From NCBI GenBank assembly GCA_963822965.1, contig CAWGJT010000014.1:430288-494287 (forward strand): a DNA stretch of 64,000 nt. The letters run 5' to 3'. Of the stretch, positions 11,798 to 22,104 are shown piece by piece; the first letter of the stretch is position 1; each line of letters begins with the position of its first letter. The notes beneath the pieces are model-generated. The model made no database searches. It worked only from the letters and a program-made list of their open reading frames with translations, and had not been told where the DNA came from. The DNA comes from an uncultured delta proteobacterium (GTDB lineage: Bacteria; Myxococcota_A; UBA9160; UBA4427). A program made the position numbers and the translations under genes.

Positions 11798-12421
11798 GTG
11801 GTCCCCGATCCCGACGGCGCCGGCCGCCGCGAGGCCATCCTCGCCGCCGCCTTCGTGCAGTTCATGCGGTACGGCTATCGCCGCACCGCGATGGAGGACA
11901 TCGCCCGCGAGACGGGCGTCTCCCGGGCCTCGCTCTACCGGCACTTCGCGAACAAGGAGGAGATCTTCCGCTCCCTCGCGGAGGGGCTTCACGACGAGGC
12001 CGTCACCGCCGCCGAATCGGCCCTCAAGGCGCCCGGCCCCGTCGAGGGCCGGGTTCGGGCGGCCCTCGAGGCGAAGAGCGTGCGATTCCTCGAGGTCATG
12101 CACGGCTCGCCCCACGGCGGCGAGCTGGTGGACGAGAGCAGCCGGCTCTGCGGCGAGCTGGCGTCGGCCAGCGAGGCCCGGGTCCAGAAGCGGCTCACCG
12201 AGGCGCTTCGCGCCGCGGCACGCTCGGGCGAGATCGATCTCGGCGCTGCGGGCCTGAGCGCGGTCGCCGCCGCCGAGCTGCTGGTGCTGGCCGCGGGAGG
12301 CCTGAAGCACGGCGCGGGCGACGTCGACGCCTTCCGCGCGCGGCTGGCCGGCCTGGTGCGGGTCTTCTTCGCCGGGCTGACGGCGTCTTCGGCCTTGCTG
12401 ACGGCGTCTTCGGCTTGCTGA
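11798..12421 (+). CDS. TetR/AcrR-family regulator
   Basis: REAILAAA...[32 protein letters not shown]; start GTG 11798 or TTG 11789. Confidence 0.92.
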   Translation: MVPDPDGAGRREAILAAAFVQFMRYGYRRTAMEDIARETGVSRASLYRHFANKEEIFRSLAEGLHDEAVTAAESALKAPGPVEGRVRAALEAKSVRFLEVMHGSPHGGELVDESSRLCGELASASEARVQKRLTEALRAAARSGEIDLGAAGLSAVAAAELLVLAAGGLKHGAGDVDAFRARLAGLVRVFFAGLTASSALLTASSAC

Positions 12422-12503
12422 CGGCGTCTTCGGCTTGCTGACGGCGTCTTCGGCTTGCTGACGGCGTCTTCGGCTTGCTGACGGCGTCTTCGGCTTGCTG
12501 ACG
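12377..12503. repeat. 20-bp tandem repeat (CTGACGGCGTCTTCGGCTTG), about 6.3 copies
   Basis: One 21-bp variant, five exact copies and a partial copy; no spacers. Confidence 0.95.
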
Positions 12504-12531
12504 CGGTCGGCCTGGTGCGGCGGTGGACGGA

Positions 12532-12837
12532 TCAGTCCGCCTCGGCCTTGCGCTGTGCCTCCGCGACCCGGAAGAGAACGAGCGCCGCCTCCGAGTCGCC
12601 GTCCGCCGCGCGCGCGACGATGGCGTCGAAGGCGCTGCGGAGCATGTCGTCCGTGACCGGTGCCACCAGCTCGCTGCTCGCCAGCTGCTCGGCAAGCTCG
12701 TCCATCACGGGGCTCGCGTAGAAGCGGTTGCCACTGTTGCCGACGCCGCTCACGAGGTCGTCTCCGATGCCGCAGGCGAGCGCGCCGACGGCCAGGGCCG
12801 CAAGCACCCCGTGACTCACCAGACGCGTCTTCTTCAT
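12532..12837 (-). CDS. Small hypothetical lipoprotein
   Basis: GAGGAGG RBS; MKKTRL...AVGALAC lipobox. Confidence 0.6.
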   Translation of the reverse strand: MKKTRLVSHGVLAALAVGALACGIGDDLVSGVGNSGNRFYASPVMDELAEQLASSELVAPVTDDMLRSAFDAIVARAADGDSEAALVLFRVAEAQRKAEAD

Positions 12838-12859
12838 CGTGGTTCCTCCTCGAGGTTCG

Positions 12860-13507
12860 ACCGAGCAGGTAGGCGCCGGCCCGCTCGAACACGAACGGCG
12901 ACCGGTGGGGCCGGCATGGTGCCGAGAGCGGATCGCGGTACACGACGTGGCGACCCCGCCAGTGCACGAGGTCGGGCGAGTCGCGGCGGCGACGATGAAG
13001 TGGCCGCCGGAGGGGGCGGCCGTCGCCGTGTAGTACAGCGCCAGCCGTCGGCCGTTCGCAGGACCATGGGGTCGCGCGCCTCGTAGCCGTCGACGACGAG
13101 GGGGTTGCTCGGATGTCGCGTCCACGACCACGCGTCGGCCGAGGTGGCCAGGTGGAGCCGGTACGCGGACTTCGATGCGCCCCCGGCGCAGTAGAACATC
13201 CAGTAGACCCGTCGTGAAGAGACGACGTGCGGAGCCCAGAGCTGGGTCTCGCCCACGCGGGGTCGGCCGAGAGCGCGAACGGCTGCTTGCTCCAGGGGCC
13301 CTGCAGCGCCGGGGCCGTGGCGTGGGCGAGGTGCCGCTCGTCGAAGGGCGCCGCCGGCTCGGCGTGGGTGATGCCGATCAGGTGCCAGGTCCCCTCGCGG
13401 TCTCGAAAGAAGGTGTGGTCGTTCAGGTACCAGGGTTCGGGCTCGCCGACGGACGGGTCGTAGACGAGCCGATACGGACCGGCCGACAGCTTCGTCTCTG
13501 CCTCCAT
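12860..13507 (-). pseudogene. GH32/GH43-like five-bladed beta-propeller glycosidase, frameshifted and apparently truncated
   Basis: [25 protein letters not shown] and SPDLVHW lie in alternating frames. Confidence 0.65.
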
Positions 13508-13649
13508 CGGTCGCAGCGTAGCCCGGTGGACGCGGGGCGTCGGTGGCGCGCGCCGCGCGCCGCCTCCCGGTAGACTGACGGGCTCCGACGCACGCCGTGC
13601 GGTCCGCCGGCACGGCTGCACCGGACCCGCTCGAGGAGCGACGCCGCAC

Positions 13650-14321
13650 GTGGACGTCATCGATCCGACCACCCAGGGGTTCACGCGTGCCCTGATCGTG
13701 GGCGCCCACCCCGACGACGCCGAGTTCTACGCCGGCGGTACGGCGATGCGGCTCGCGCGCGCCGGCTGCGAGGTGCACCTGGTGGTGTGCACCGACGGCC
13801 AGCGCGGCTCGCTCACGGAGCGCTCCGATCTGGGGACGGTGCGTCGGGCCGAGCAGGAAGCTGCCGTGCGGAAGCTCGGCCTCGCGAGCCTCGTGAACCT
13901 GGGCCGACCCGACGGAGAGCTGGTGCCCGACGGCCCCCTCGTCGCCGAGCTCGTGCGAGCGATCCGGCGCACGCGGCCGGACGTGGTGCTCGTCCACGAC
14001 CCCGACACCCGCTACAAGCGGCTGGGCGGGCGCACCTTCCCGGTCATTCGGACCACCGGGCGGCAGGAGCCGCGACCCTCGACGCCATCTACCCGCGCGC
14101 GATCAGCGCGAGCTTCTTTCCGAGCAGCCGCCGAGCCCGACCTCCAGCTCTGGATGCCCCGACACTTCTGGCTCTTCGACACGCGAAGGGACACGCGGGT
14201 GTGGAGAGGAGTGAGACACGCCGAGCGGTTCTTCGACCGCTGTGCGGGGGCGGTCCATCGCAAGGTAGCCCGGTGGACGGTGCGGCGTCGGTCGCGCGCG
14301 TCGCGACGCGCCTCCCGGTAG
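13650..14321 (+). CDS. PIG-L family deacetylase (frameshifted; 3' end uncertain)
   Basis: [19 protein letters not shown] and [14 protein letters not shown] is in the shifted frame. Confidence 0.75.
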   Translation: MDVIDPTTQGFTRALIVGAHPDDAEFYAGGTAMRLARAGCEVHLVVCTDGQRGSLTERSDLGTVRRAEQEAAVRKLGLASLVNLGRPDGELVPDGPLVAELVRAIRRTRPDVVLVHDPDTRYKRLGGRTFPVIRTTGRQEPRPSTPSTRARSARASFRAAAEPDLQLWMPRHFWLFDTRRDTRVWRGVRHAERFFDRCAGAVHRKVARWTVRRRSRASRRASR

Positions 14322-14471
14322 ACTGGTGGTCTCCGCTCACTCGTCGCGCGGTCCCGGGGGCGCGGCGGCACGAGACCCGTACGAGGAGCCAGGTCCTTCG
14401 TGGACGCCATCGATCCGACGGCCCAGGGGTTCACGCGCGCTCTCATCGTGGGGGCCCACCCCGATGACGCC
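14265..14471 (+). repeat. Diverged direct repeat of 13517-13721 (upstream region plus first 24 codons of the PIG-L gene)
   Basis: Both copies share GTAGCCCGGTGGACG, CGCCTCCCGGTAGACTG and CGAGGAGC, and encode MD(V/A)IDPT(T/A)[16 protein letters not shown]. Confidence 0.85.
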
Positions 14472-14616
14472 CCCGCCGCCCGCGGATCCGGAACGGCCCG
14501 CCCCGGCGGGGCCCGGAGCCGATTCCGAAAGGCGACTCGGAGTCCGCTGCGCCGGCTCCCGAGCGAGCGAACAGCGCTAACGTCCCCGGCCTGGATTCTC
14601 CCATGAGGAAGCTGGC

Positions 14617-17600
14617 ATGACGTCGTGGTTCCCTGCTGTTCGATTCGCCCGAGTCGTCGCTCTGTTCTGTCTGCTCGTGTGGCCTGCCGTCGCCTTCGCC
14701 CAGAGCGACTTCGTGACCTTCGAGAGCGATCCGGTGCGCCCCATCGCGCTGTCTCCCGACGGCTCGCGCCTCTTCGTCGTGAACATTCCGGACGCGTATC
14801 TCGAGGTCTTCGACCTGAGCGATCCGCTGGTCCTCGAGCCGGTGGCGTCCATCCCCGTCGGCCTCGAGCCGGTGGCGCTCGTGGCGCTGTCGAACGACGA
14901 GGTGTGGGTCGTCAACCAGCTGTCGGACAGCGTCAGCATCGTGAGCGTCTCGCAGAAGACGGTGACCCGCACCTTGCTCGTGGGCGACGAGCCCCGCGAC
15001 ATCGTGGTGGCGGACCCGCCCGGACCCGTCGGCCCGCGCGTCTTCGTCACCACCGCCCATCGGGGCCAGCAGCGCACGGACGCCTCGATCTCCGGGGTGC
15101 CGGGGGCCGGCGATCCCGAGCTCACCACGGCGGGCGTCGGACGCGCCGACGCGTGGGTCTTCGATCCGGCGAACCTCGGGGCGACCCTCGGCGGAACGCC
15201 CCTCCGGATCCTGACCTTCTTCACCGACAAGCCGCGCGCCCTGGCGGTGAGCCCCGACGGCAGCGCCGTCTACGTGGCGGGCTTCCATACCGGCAACCAG
15301 ACCACCGCCGTCAGCGAGGGAGTCGTCTGCGACGGGTTCGGGGGCGCCGGGCCCTGCGCGGGCGACGGCATCACCTCGCCCGGCGGCCTCGGGGGCGGCA
15401 ACCTGCCGGGCGGCAATCCCGGCCCCATCGACAACCACGAGAACATCGACGCGCCGGAGGTCGGTCTCATCGTGAAGTGGGACCCGGTGGACGGCCGCTT
15501 CGAGGACGAGCTGGGCCGCAACTGGAACAACGGCGTTCGCTTCACGCTTCCCGACGAGGACGTCTTCGCGGTGGACGTCGCCACCCTCACCCAGACGGCC
15601 GTCCATTCCGGCGTCGGTACGATCCTCTTCAACATGATCGTCAACCCGTCGAACGGAAAGCTCTACGTCTCGAACACCGACGCCAACAATCTCACCCGCT
15701 TCGAGGGGGCCGGCACCTACGGCGGCTCCACCGTCCAGGGGCACCTGGCGGAGTCCCACATCACGATCATCGACGATCCCGACCTGACGGCCTCGCCCGT
15801 CACGCCGCGGCACCTCAACAAGCACATCGACTACGCGCTGCTGCCCGCGCCGGCGGGGGTCAAGGAGAAGAGCCTCGCCACCCCGGTCGAGATGGCGATC
15901 TCGCCGGACGGCCTCACCCTCTACGTCGCCGCGTTCGGCTCGGGGAAGATCGGCACCTTCGACACGAGCCAGCTCGAGAGCGACACCTTCACGCCCGACG
16001 AGGCCAGCCACATCCCGGTGACCGGCGGCGGCCCGGCCGGCCTGGCCCTGTCGGCGGACGGCAGCCTGCTCTACGTCCTGACGCGCTTCGACAACGGGGT
16101 CTCGGTGGTGTCAGACGTCCGGCGCCACCGAGGTGGCGCACTTCGCGCTGCCGGACCCCGAGCCGGCGGCGGTGGTCATCGGACGGCCCATGCTCTACGA
16201 CGCCCTGGAGTTCTCGAGCAACGGCGAGGCGTCGTGCTCGAGCTGCCACGTCTTCGGCGACATGGACGACCTGGCCTGGGACCTCGGCGACCCCGACACC
16301 GACGTGAAGGCCAATCCGCTGGACATCAACTTCGGAGACGTCATTCCCTTCATCGGCCAGGTGCTCGGGCTCACCGTCGAGCTCAACGGCGGCGCGGGCG
16401 ACTTCGAGTTCCACCCCATGAAGGGGCCCATGACGACCCAGACCCTGCGCGGCATGCGCAACGGCGGTGCCATGCACTGGCGGGGCGACCGCTCGGTGGG
16501 CATCTTCGGCACGAGCCAGACCGACGAGAACCTGAGCTTCAAGAACTTCATCGTGGCCTTCGGCGGCCTGCTGGGAGACGACGCCTTCCCCACCGCCGGG
16601 CAGATGCAGGACTTCTCGAACTTCGCCCTCGAGATCACGCTGCCGCCGAACCCCGTCCGGAACCTCGACAACTCCCTCACCACCGCCCAGCAGAACGGCC
16701 GCAACTTCTACCTTGGCACCCGCCGTGCGGACGGCCTGGCGTCAGACCAGTTCGGGTTCACCACGGGCTTCACCTGCAACGGCTGCCACGTGCTCGACGC
16801 CGCGCAGGGCTACTTCGGAAACGGGGAGCACGGCAGCTTCGAGAACGAGACCCAGCTCGTGAAGATCCCCCACCTGCGCAACATGTATCAGAAGGTGGGC
16901 ATGTTCGGGCTGCCGCACGTGCCCTTCGACCTGGCCGGCGACAACGGCTTCAAGGGCGACCAGATCCGGGGCTACGGCTTCCTGCACGACGGCTCCACGG
17001 ACACGCTGTTCCGCTTCTTCCAGGCCGTCGTGTTCGCCGGGCAGACCGATCCCGACACGGGCTTCCAGAGCGACGACGAGCGCCGGGACATGGAGCAGTT
17101 CATGCTGGCCTTCGACAGCGACCTGGCCCCCATCGTCGGCCAGCAGATCACCCTCACCGCCTCGAACGGCGGGGTGACGAACCCGCGCGTCGACCTGCTG
17201 ATCCAGCGCGCCGACGCGAGCTTCACCTCCCAGATCCTGGGCGGGGTCGTGACCGAGTGCGACGTGATCGCGAAGGCGGTGGTGGCCGGACAGCCCCTGG
17301 GATGGGTGTACACGGGCGGCGGCCTGGGCGTGGGCAGCTTCGCGGCGTCGGACGGCACGAACACCACCGATGCGGCCCTGCGCGCCCTGGCGACCGACAC
17401 GCCGGTGACCTTCACCTGCGTCCCGCCGGGCTCGGGAACGCGCATGGGCATCAACCGCGACCGCGACAGCCCTGCTCGACGCGGTGGACAACTGCCCGGG
17501 CGTTTCGAACGATCCGCAGACGGACACCGACACGGACGGGCTGGGCGACGCCTGCGATCCGACGCCGGTGCCGGAGCCCGGGCAGCTGGCGATGCTGGCG

Positions 17601-17657
17601 AGCGGGATCGCGCTTCTGAGCGTCCTCGGGCGGAAGCGCCTCGCGCGGCGGGCCTGA
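14617..17657 (+). CDS. Secreted YVTN beta-propeller plus di-heme cytochrome c peroxidase-like protein with TSP3 repeat and PEP-CTERM-like tail (frameshifts near 16115 and 17470)
   Basis: Signal peptide, SPDG propeller repeats, CSSCH, MHWRGDR, CNGCH, KIPHLRN, FLHDGS, DNCP..N..QTDTDTDGLGDACD and VPEPG-TM-RKR. Confidence 0.8.
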
Positions 17658-17665
17658 TCCCCGGC

Positions 17666-17685
17666 GCACGCCGGATCCGGCGTGC
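17666..17685. terminator. Perfect 20-bp palindrome between convergent genes
   Basis: GCACGCCGGATCCGGCGTGC. Confidence 0.45.
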
Positions 17686-17691
17686 TCCCGA

Positions 17692-18402
17692 TCAGGCGTG
17701 CGCCGGATCCGGACGGCGGGTCGCGCGCAGCAGCAGGTTCTTGCCGAGGAAGGGCCCGAGCGGTCGATCGAGCAGCCGGCTGGCGGGGAACACGAGCCGG
17801 TCGTAGGCGCGCACCGCACGCACGTCGAGGTCGCCGTCGGCCGCGCCGAAGGCCCGGTAGGCCAGGCCGGCGAAGAAGCCCAGGCTGTCCACGTGGCGCA
17901 CCCGTTCCACGGTGAACCCGGCCTCGCGCACCTTGCGGACCAGCTCGCCCTGGCGGTAGCGGCGCACGTGGCCGACCCGCGCGTCGTTGGCCGAGTAGAG
18001 CAGCGGGAAGGCGGGGACGTACACGAAGAGGCCGCCCCCCGGACGGACGACCCGGCGGAACTCCCGCAGGCACGCGCGGTCGTCTTGCAGGTGCTCGAGC
18101 ACGTTGATGGTGTAGATGCCGTCGAAGGTCGCGTCCGGGACGGCGGACAGGCTCTCGTGGCCCCGGATGCCCAGCCCCTCGATGCGGCGGCGAAGCGAGG
18201 GGTCCGGCTCGACGACCTCCACGCTCAGCTTCCGTTCGGTCAACGCGCGCGCGAAGCGGCCGTTGCCGGCGCCGAAGTCCAGGATGCTCTGGAGCGGGCG
18301 ACGCCATTCGAGGATCTGGTCGAGCAGGAAGCGGTTGTACCGGACCGCTTCGTCCATGACCTCGATCAGCTCGGGCGCTTCGAAGGGGCGACCTTCGCTC
18401 AC
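17692..18402 (-). CDS. Class I SAM-dependent methyltransferase
   Basis: ILDFGAGNG, NVLEHL, RPGG and GHVRRY; GTGA overlap with the GT2 stop. Confidence 0.85.
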   Translation of the reverse strand: MSEGRPFEAPELIEVMDEAVRYNRFLLDQILEWRRPLQSILDFGAGNGRFARALTERKLSVEVVEPDPSLRRRIEGLGIRGHESLSAVPDATFDGIYTINVLEHLQDDRACLREFRRVVRPGGGLFVYVPAFPLLYSANDARVGHVRRYRQGELVRKVREAGFTVERVRHVDSLGFFAGLAYRAFGAADGDLDVRAVRAYDRLVFPASRLLDRPLGPFLGKNLLLRATRRPDPAHA

Positions 18403-19337
18403 TTGCGGCCGTCCACCTCTTGCTTCCAGAACTCGATGGTCTCCTCGTGGAGTCGCACGACCGTGTCGAGGATGAGGCCGGCCGTCAGCGCGATGACCGA
18501 CAGCACGCCGAGCCCGGACGCGAGGATCGCCCGGGGCACGTGATAGACGTAGCGATGCTCGACGTAGTCCTGGATGGGAGCGCTCCCGACCACCAGGCAG
18601 ACGAGCAGAAGCAGGGCCGACACGGCGCCGAAGAAGACCATGGGCCGGTAGTCCTTCACCAGCAGGCCGAGGCACTTGAGGATCAGCCATCCGTCGCTCC
18701 AGGTGCTGAGCTTCGAGCTGCTGTCCCGCGCCCGGGCGCTGTAGCGCACCGGCATCTCCCCGATGGCGAGGTGCTTGGTGAGGGCCTGCAGGGTCATCTC
18801 GGTCTCCGCCTCGAAGCCGTCCCGCCGCAGGCGCACGACCCGGACGAAGGCGCGGGAGAGGATCCGGTAGCCGGAGAGGACGTCCGTGAGGTGCGTGCGG
18901 AACAGGGCGCCGATGAGGCGCGAGACGAGCCGGTTGCCGTGGAGGTGGAACACCCGGAAGGCGCCCTTCTCGAAGTCCTCGAGCCGGGTGCCCACCAGCA
19001 TGTCCAGGTGGTCCCGGCGGAAGCGCTCCAGCATCGCGGGGGCGGCCTCGGCGGGGTAGGTGCCGTCCCCGTCGACGAGGACGTAGGCGTCGGCCTCGAC
19101 GACCCGCGACATGTGGCGCAGCACGTTCCCCTTGCCCTGGCGCGGCGATCGGATGACCGTGGCGCCGGCTTCGCGCGCCACCTCCGCCGTGTCGTCGGTG
19201 GAGTTGTTGTCGAAGACGTAGACCGTCGCCTCGGGCAGGGCCTTGGAGAACTCGCGTACCACGTCGCCGATCGTGGCCGCCTCGTTCAGGCACGGGATCA
19301 CGACGGCGATCTCTTGCGGCGCGGCTTCGCTGGGCAT
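18399..19337 (-). CDS. GT2 polyprenol-phosphate glycosyltransferase (DPM-synthase-like)
   Basis: VVIPCLNE, DNNSTD, GKG, VDGDGTY, DVLSGYR and FEAETE; two C-terminal TMs. Confidence 0.9.
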   Translation of the reverse strand: MPSEAAPQEIAVVIPCLNEAATIGDVVREFSKALPEATVYVFDNNSTDDTAEVAREAGATVIRSPRQGKGNVLRHMSRVVEADAYVLVDGDGTYPAEAAPAMLERFRRDHLDMLVGTRLEDFEKGAFRVFHLHGNRLVSRLIGALFRTHLTDVLSGYRILSRAFVRVVRLRRDGFEAETEMTLQALTKHLAIGEMPVRYSARARDSSSKLSTWSDGWLILKCLGLLVKDYRPMVFFGAVSALLLLVCLVVGSAPIQDYVEHRYVYHVPRAILASGLGVLSVIALTAGLILDTVVRLHEETIEFWKQEVDGRK

Positions 19338-19510
19338 TCGGTCCTCGGGCTCTCGGCGCTTCGAGTCTAGCAGGGTGTCGAAGAGCCCCGGACCGGGTCG
19401 ATCGCCGGCGGGTCGGTGGCAGCTCGTGCGCAACGAACGCGCATGCACGGCCGTTGTCAGCGTCACGCGCGGCTGCGAGACTCCCGCGCGACGCGCGGAG
19501 GGCGACACGC

Positions 19511-21232
19511 TTGGGAGCCACGGGGACGAGAGCGAGCGGCGCCGATTCGGTGGTCTGGCTCGGCGTCGCGGTCCTGCTGCTCGCTTCTCTCGTCACCTGG
19601 ACCTTCCGGCCCGTGCTGGCGGCGGGCGTGACGACGAGCGTGCCGAGCCTGCCGGGCGAGCTGCCGGGCATCGAGGTCCCCGACATCCGCTTCGAGGCCT
19701 GGCTCGTCGGCCGAAACGCGGAGACGATCACTCACGATCCGCTTCGCCTCTTCGATACGCCGCACTGCGCGCCCGCCGAGAAGACGCTGACGCTCGGCGT
19801 CCACATGATCGCGATGAGTCTCTTCGCCGTGCCGGTCTCGCTGCTGACCTCGAGCTCCGCTGCGGCCTTCGACTGGGCGATCGCCGTGATGCTGCTGGTC
19901 TCGGGCGTCGCCATGTACGGGCTCGTCTACGACTGGACCGGCTCGCGCGCGGCCGGGCTGGTGGCGGCCGTGCTCTACGCGCTCGGTCCCATGCGCATCG
20001 GCAACAACATCACGCACCCCTCGGTCTGGGACAGCAGCGGGCTGGTGCTCGCGCTCTTCTTCGCGCGTCGCCTCTTCGCCGAGGGCCGCTGGCGGGACGC
20101 GGTCGGCCTGGGCGGCGCGTGTGCGCTCCAGATCGCCGCCAGCTTCTACCCCCTGGTGGCGGCGGCGTTCTTCGCGCCGCCCTTCGTGGTCTGGCTGCTG
20201 GCGCGGTACGGGCTGCGGAAGGTCCGCGTCTCGCAGCTCGCCGTCGTCGCGGCGGCGGTGGTCGCGACGGCCGCGGTGGTGCTGGGTCCCTACCTGGAGA
20301 TGAGCCACAGCGCGGACACGCTGCGCCGCACCCAGGCGGAGTTCGCCTTCGCGCGCCCGATCCAGCTGCTTCCCGGCCGTCCGCTCTTCCTCGGCTGGAG
20401 CGCACTGCTGCTGGCGGCCCTCGGCCTCGGCCGGCGTCCGGCCGGCACGGCCGCCCGGCTGGGGGGCGACCCGCGGTGGGCTCTCGCGGCCGGGGCCGTG
20501 CTGGTCACGACCATCGCCGTGGGCTCGGTGCCCAACGAGTTCCTGCACCAGGCCTGGCCGTCGGTCCCGTTCTCGCTTCCCGACGCGCACGCGCTCCTGG
20601 CCCGGGTCGTTCCCGGCCTGGACGCGATTCGCGTGATCTTCCGCTTGTGGGTGGCGACCCAGGTCGTGGTCTGCATCTTCGCGGGCCTGGGCGCAGCGAA
20701 GCTCGTCGAGCGGGCCGGTAGCGCCCACCGGACGGCGGCGTCGGCGGGGCTCGTCTCGCTGGCGATCCTCGTCCATCTGGTGACGACCCCGCCCTGGACC
20801 CCCCTGGAGGTCCGGGTGTCCAAGCAGGCGCGCGGCTTCTTCGCGACCCTCGAAGCGCTGGGCAACGAGGGGGCCATCCTCGAGCTTCCGATCCTGCAGG
20901 GAACGGTCGGAAGGATCAACGTGCCGGGATACATCATGGCGAGCACGCGCAACGGGCGGCGTAGCTCGGCCTGCTTCGGCTCCTATCCACCGCCGGGGCT
21001 CGAAGTCATGCGGAGTGAGGCGGAGCGTCTCCCGGCGCCGGACGCCGTCCGGGCGCTCCGCGCGATGGGCTTCACGACGCTCGTCGTCCACCATCCGCCC
21101 GCCCGTGCCCATGCGCCGCCGCCGTTCGAGAAGAAGCTGCGCCGCGCGCGCAATCCCCAGGTGAAGCTCCTGCTGGCGGGCGAAACCATGACCGCCTATT
21201 CCCTCGGAGACGGAAGTTCCCGCGGAGACTGA
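19511..21232 (+). CDS. Polytopic membrane protein, GT-C-like glycosyltransferase candidate
   Basis: Many TM helices and a C-terminal soluble domain (GAILELP...YPPP...LVVH); GGAGG before TTG 19511. Confidence 0.55.
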   Translation: MGATGTRASGADSVVWLGVAVLLLASLVTWTFRPVLAAGVTTSVPSLPGELPGIEVPDIRFEAWLVGRNAETITHDPLRLFDTPHCAPAEKTLTLGVHMIAMSLFAVPVSLLTSSSAAAFDWAIAVMLLVSGVAMYGLVYDWTGSRAAGLVAAVLYALGPMRIGNNITHPSVWDSSGLVLALFFARRLFAEGRWRDAVGLGGACALQIAASFYPLVAAAFFAPPFVVWLLARYGLRKVRVSQLAVVAAAVVATAAVVLGPYLEMSHSADTLRRTQAEFAFARPIQLLPGRPLFLGWSALLLAALGLGRRPAGTAARLGGDPRWALAAGAVLVTTIAVGSVPNEFLHQAWPSVPFSLPDAHALLARVVPGLDAIRVIFRLWVATQVVVCIFAGLGAAKLVERAGSAHRTAASAGLVSLAILVHLVTTPPWTPLEVRVSKQARGFFATLEALGNEGAILELPILQGTVGRINVPGYIMASTRNGRRSSACFGSYPPPGLEVMRSEAERLPAPDAVRALRAMGFTTLVVHHPPARAHAPPPFEKKLRRARNPQVKLLLAGETMTAYSLGDGSSRGD

Positions 21233-21243
21233 CGGAAGACGGG

Positions 21244-22104
21244 ATGACGATGGAGCAACACAGCACCCGGGGTGGCGATCTGTGCCCGGTCTGCGAGTCG
21301 CGGGTGCGCGTGGGCGCGAGACTGCCGGACTACCAGCTCTTCCACTGCCCGGCGTGCGGCTGCTGGTCGAGCGATGCCCAGCACCGCCAGGCCTCGTTGT
21401 CCTTCGAGAATCCCGACTACTTCGCGAACGCCGACCTCGATCGACCGAAGTGGGAAGCGCTGCTCGAACGTCTGGAAGCCGGCGGGCGACGGGTCGAGTC
21501 GTTGCTGGACGTGGGGTGCGGCACCGGCGCCTTTCTCGCCTGGGTGTCGAGGACCCGTCCGGGCATGCGCTGCGAGGGAATCGAGATCGACCCGGCACGC
21601 GCCGCCGAGGCCCGGGCCCGCAACCCGAACGCTCGCATCCACGGCGGCGATGCGGACACCGCGCTGGCGTCCACCGGCCGTCCCTTCGACCTGATCACCC
21701 TGTGGGACGTCTTCGAGCACGTGGCCTCGCCCACGGCGCTGCTCACGGCGCTCGCCGAGAACCTCACTCCGGGCGGCGTGGTCCACATCGTGACCATCCA
21801 CGAGAACAGCCTGGTTCCGGCGCTCGGCCGGCTGAGCTACCGGCTCAGCGGGGGCCGGCTGCAGTACCCCCTTCGCCGCTCCCACGAGCCGCACCATCTG
21901 GTCTTCTTCACGCGCCGAGGCCTCGACACCGCCGCCCGGCGTGCCGGGCTCCGGGTGCGGGACGTGTGGTTCGACCGTCTCCTGCGCGGCCGCATGGATG
22001 GCCCCGCCGTGGTGACGGCGGCAACCTCGGCGCTCCTCTATCTGGAGAACCTCGCCGGAAACGGTCTGTTCGTGAACCTGGTCCTGGAACGAGCCGGCGG
22101 GTGA
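21244..22104 (+). CDS. Class I SAM methyltransferase with N-terminal Zn-ribbon
   Basis: CPVC/CPAC, LLDVGCGTG, FDLITLWDVFEH and HLVFFT. Confidence 0.85.
   Translation: MTMEQHSTRGGDLCPVCESRVRVGARLPDYQLFHCPACGCWSSDAQHRQASLSFENPDYFANADLDRPKWEALLERLEAGGRRVESLLDVGCGTGAFLAWVSRTRPGMRCEGIEIDPARAAEARARNPNARIHGGDADTALASTGRPFDLITLWDVFEHVASPTALLTALAENLTPGGVVHIVTIHENSLVPALGRLSYRLSGGRLQYPLRRSHEPHHLVFFTRRGLDTAARRAGLRVRDVWFDRLLRGRMDGPAVVTAATSALLYLENLAGNGLFVNLVLERAGG

Noticed and set aside
12377..12503. Possible CRISPR array
   Set aside because: Repeats are head-to-tail with no spacers, and no cas genes are present
14471..14616. Riboswitch upstream of the di-heme gene
   Set aside because: GC-rich dyads are present but I recognise no aptamer consensus
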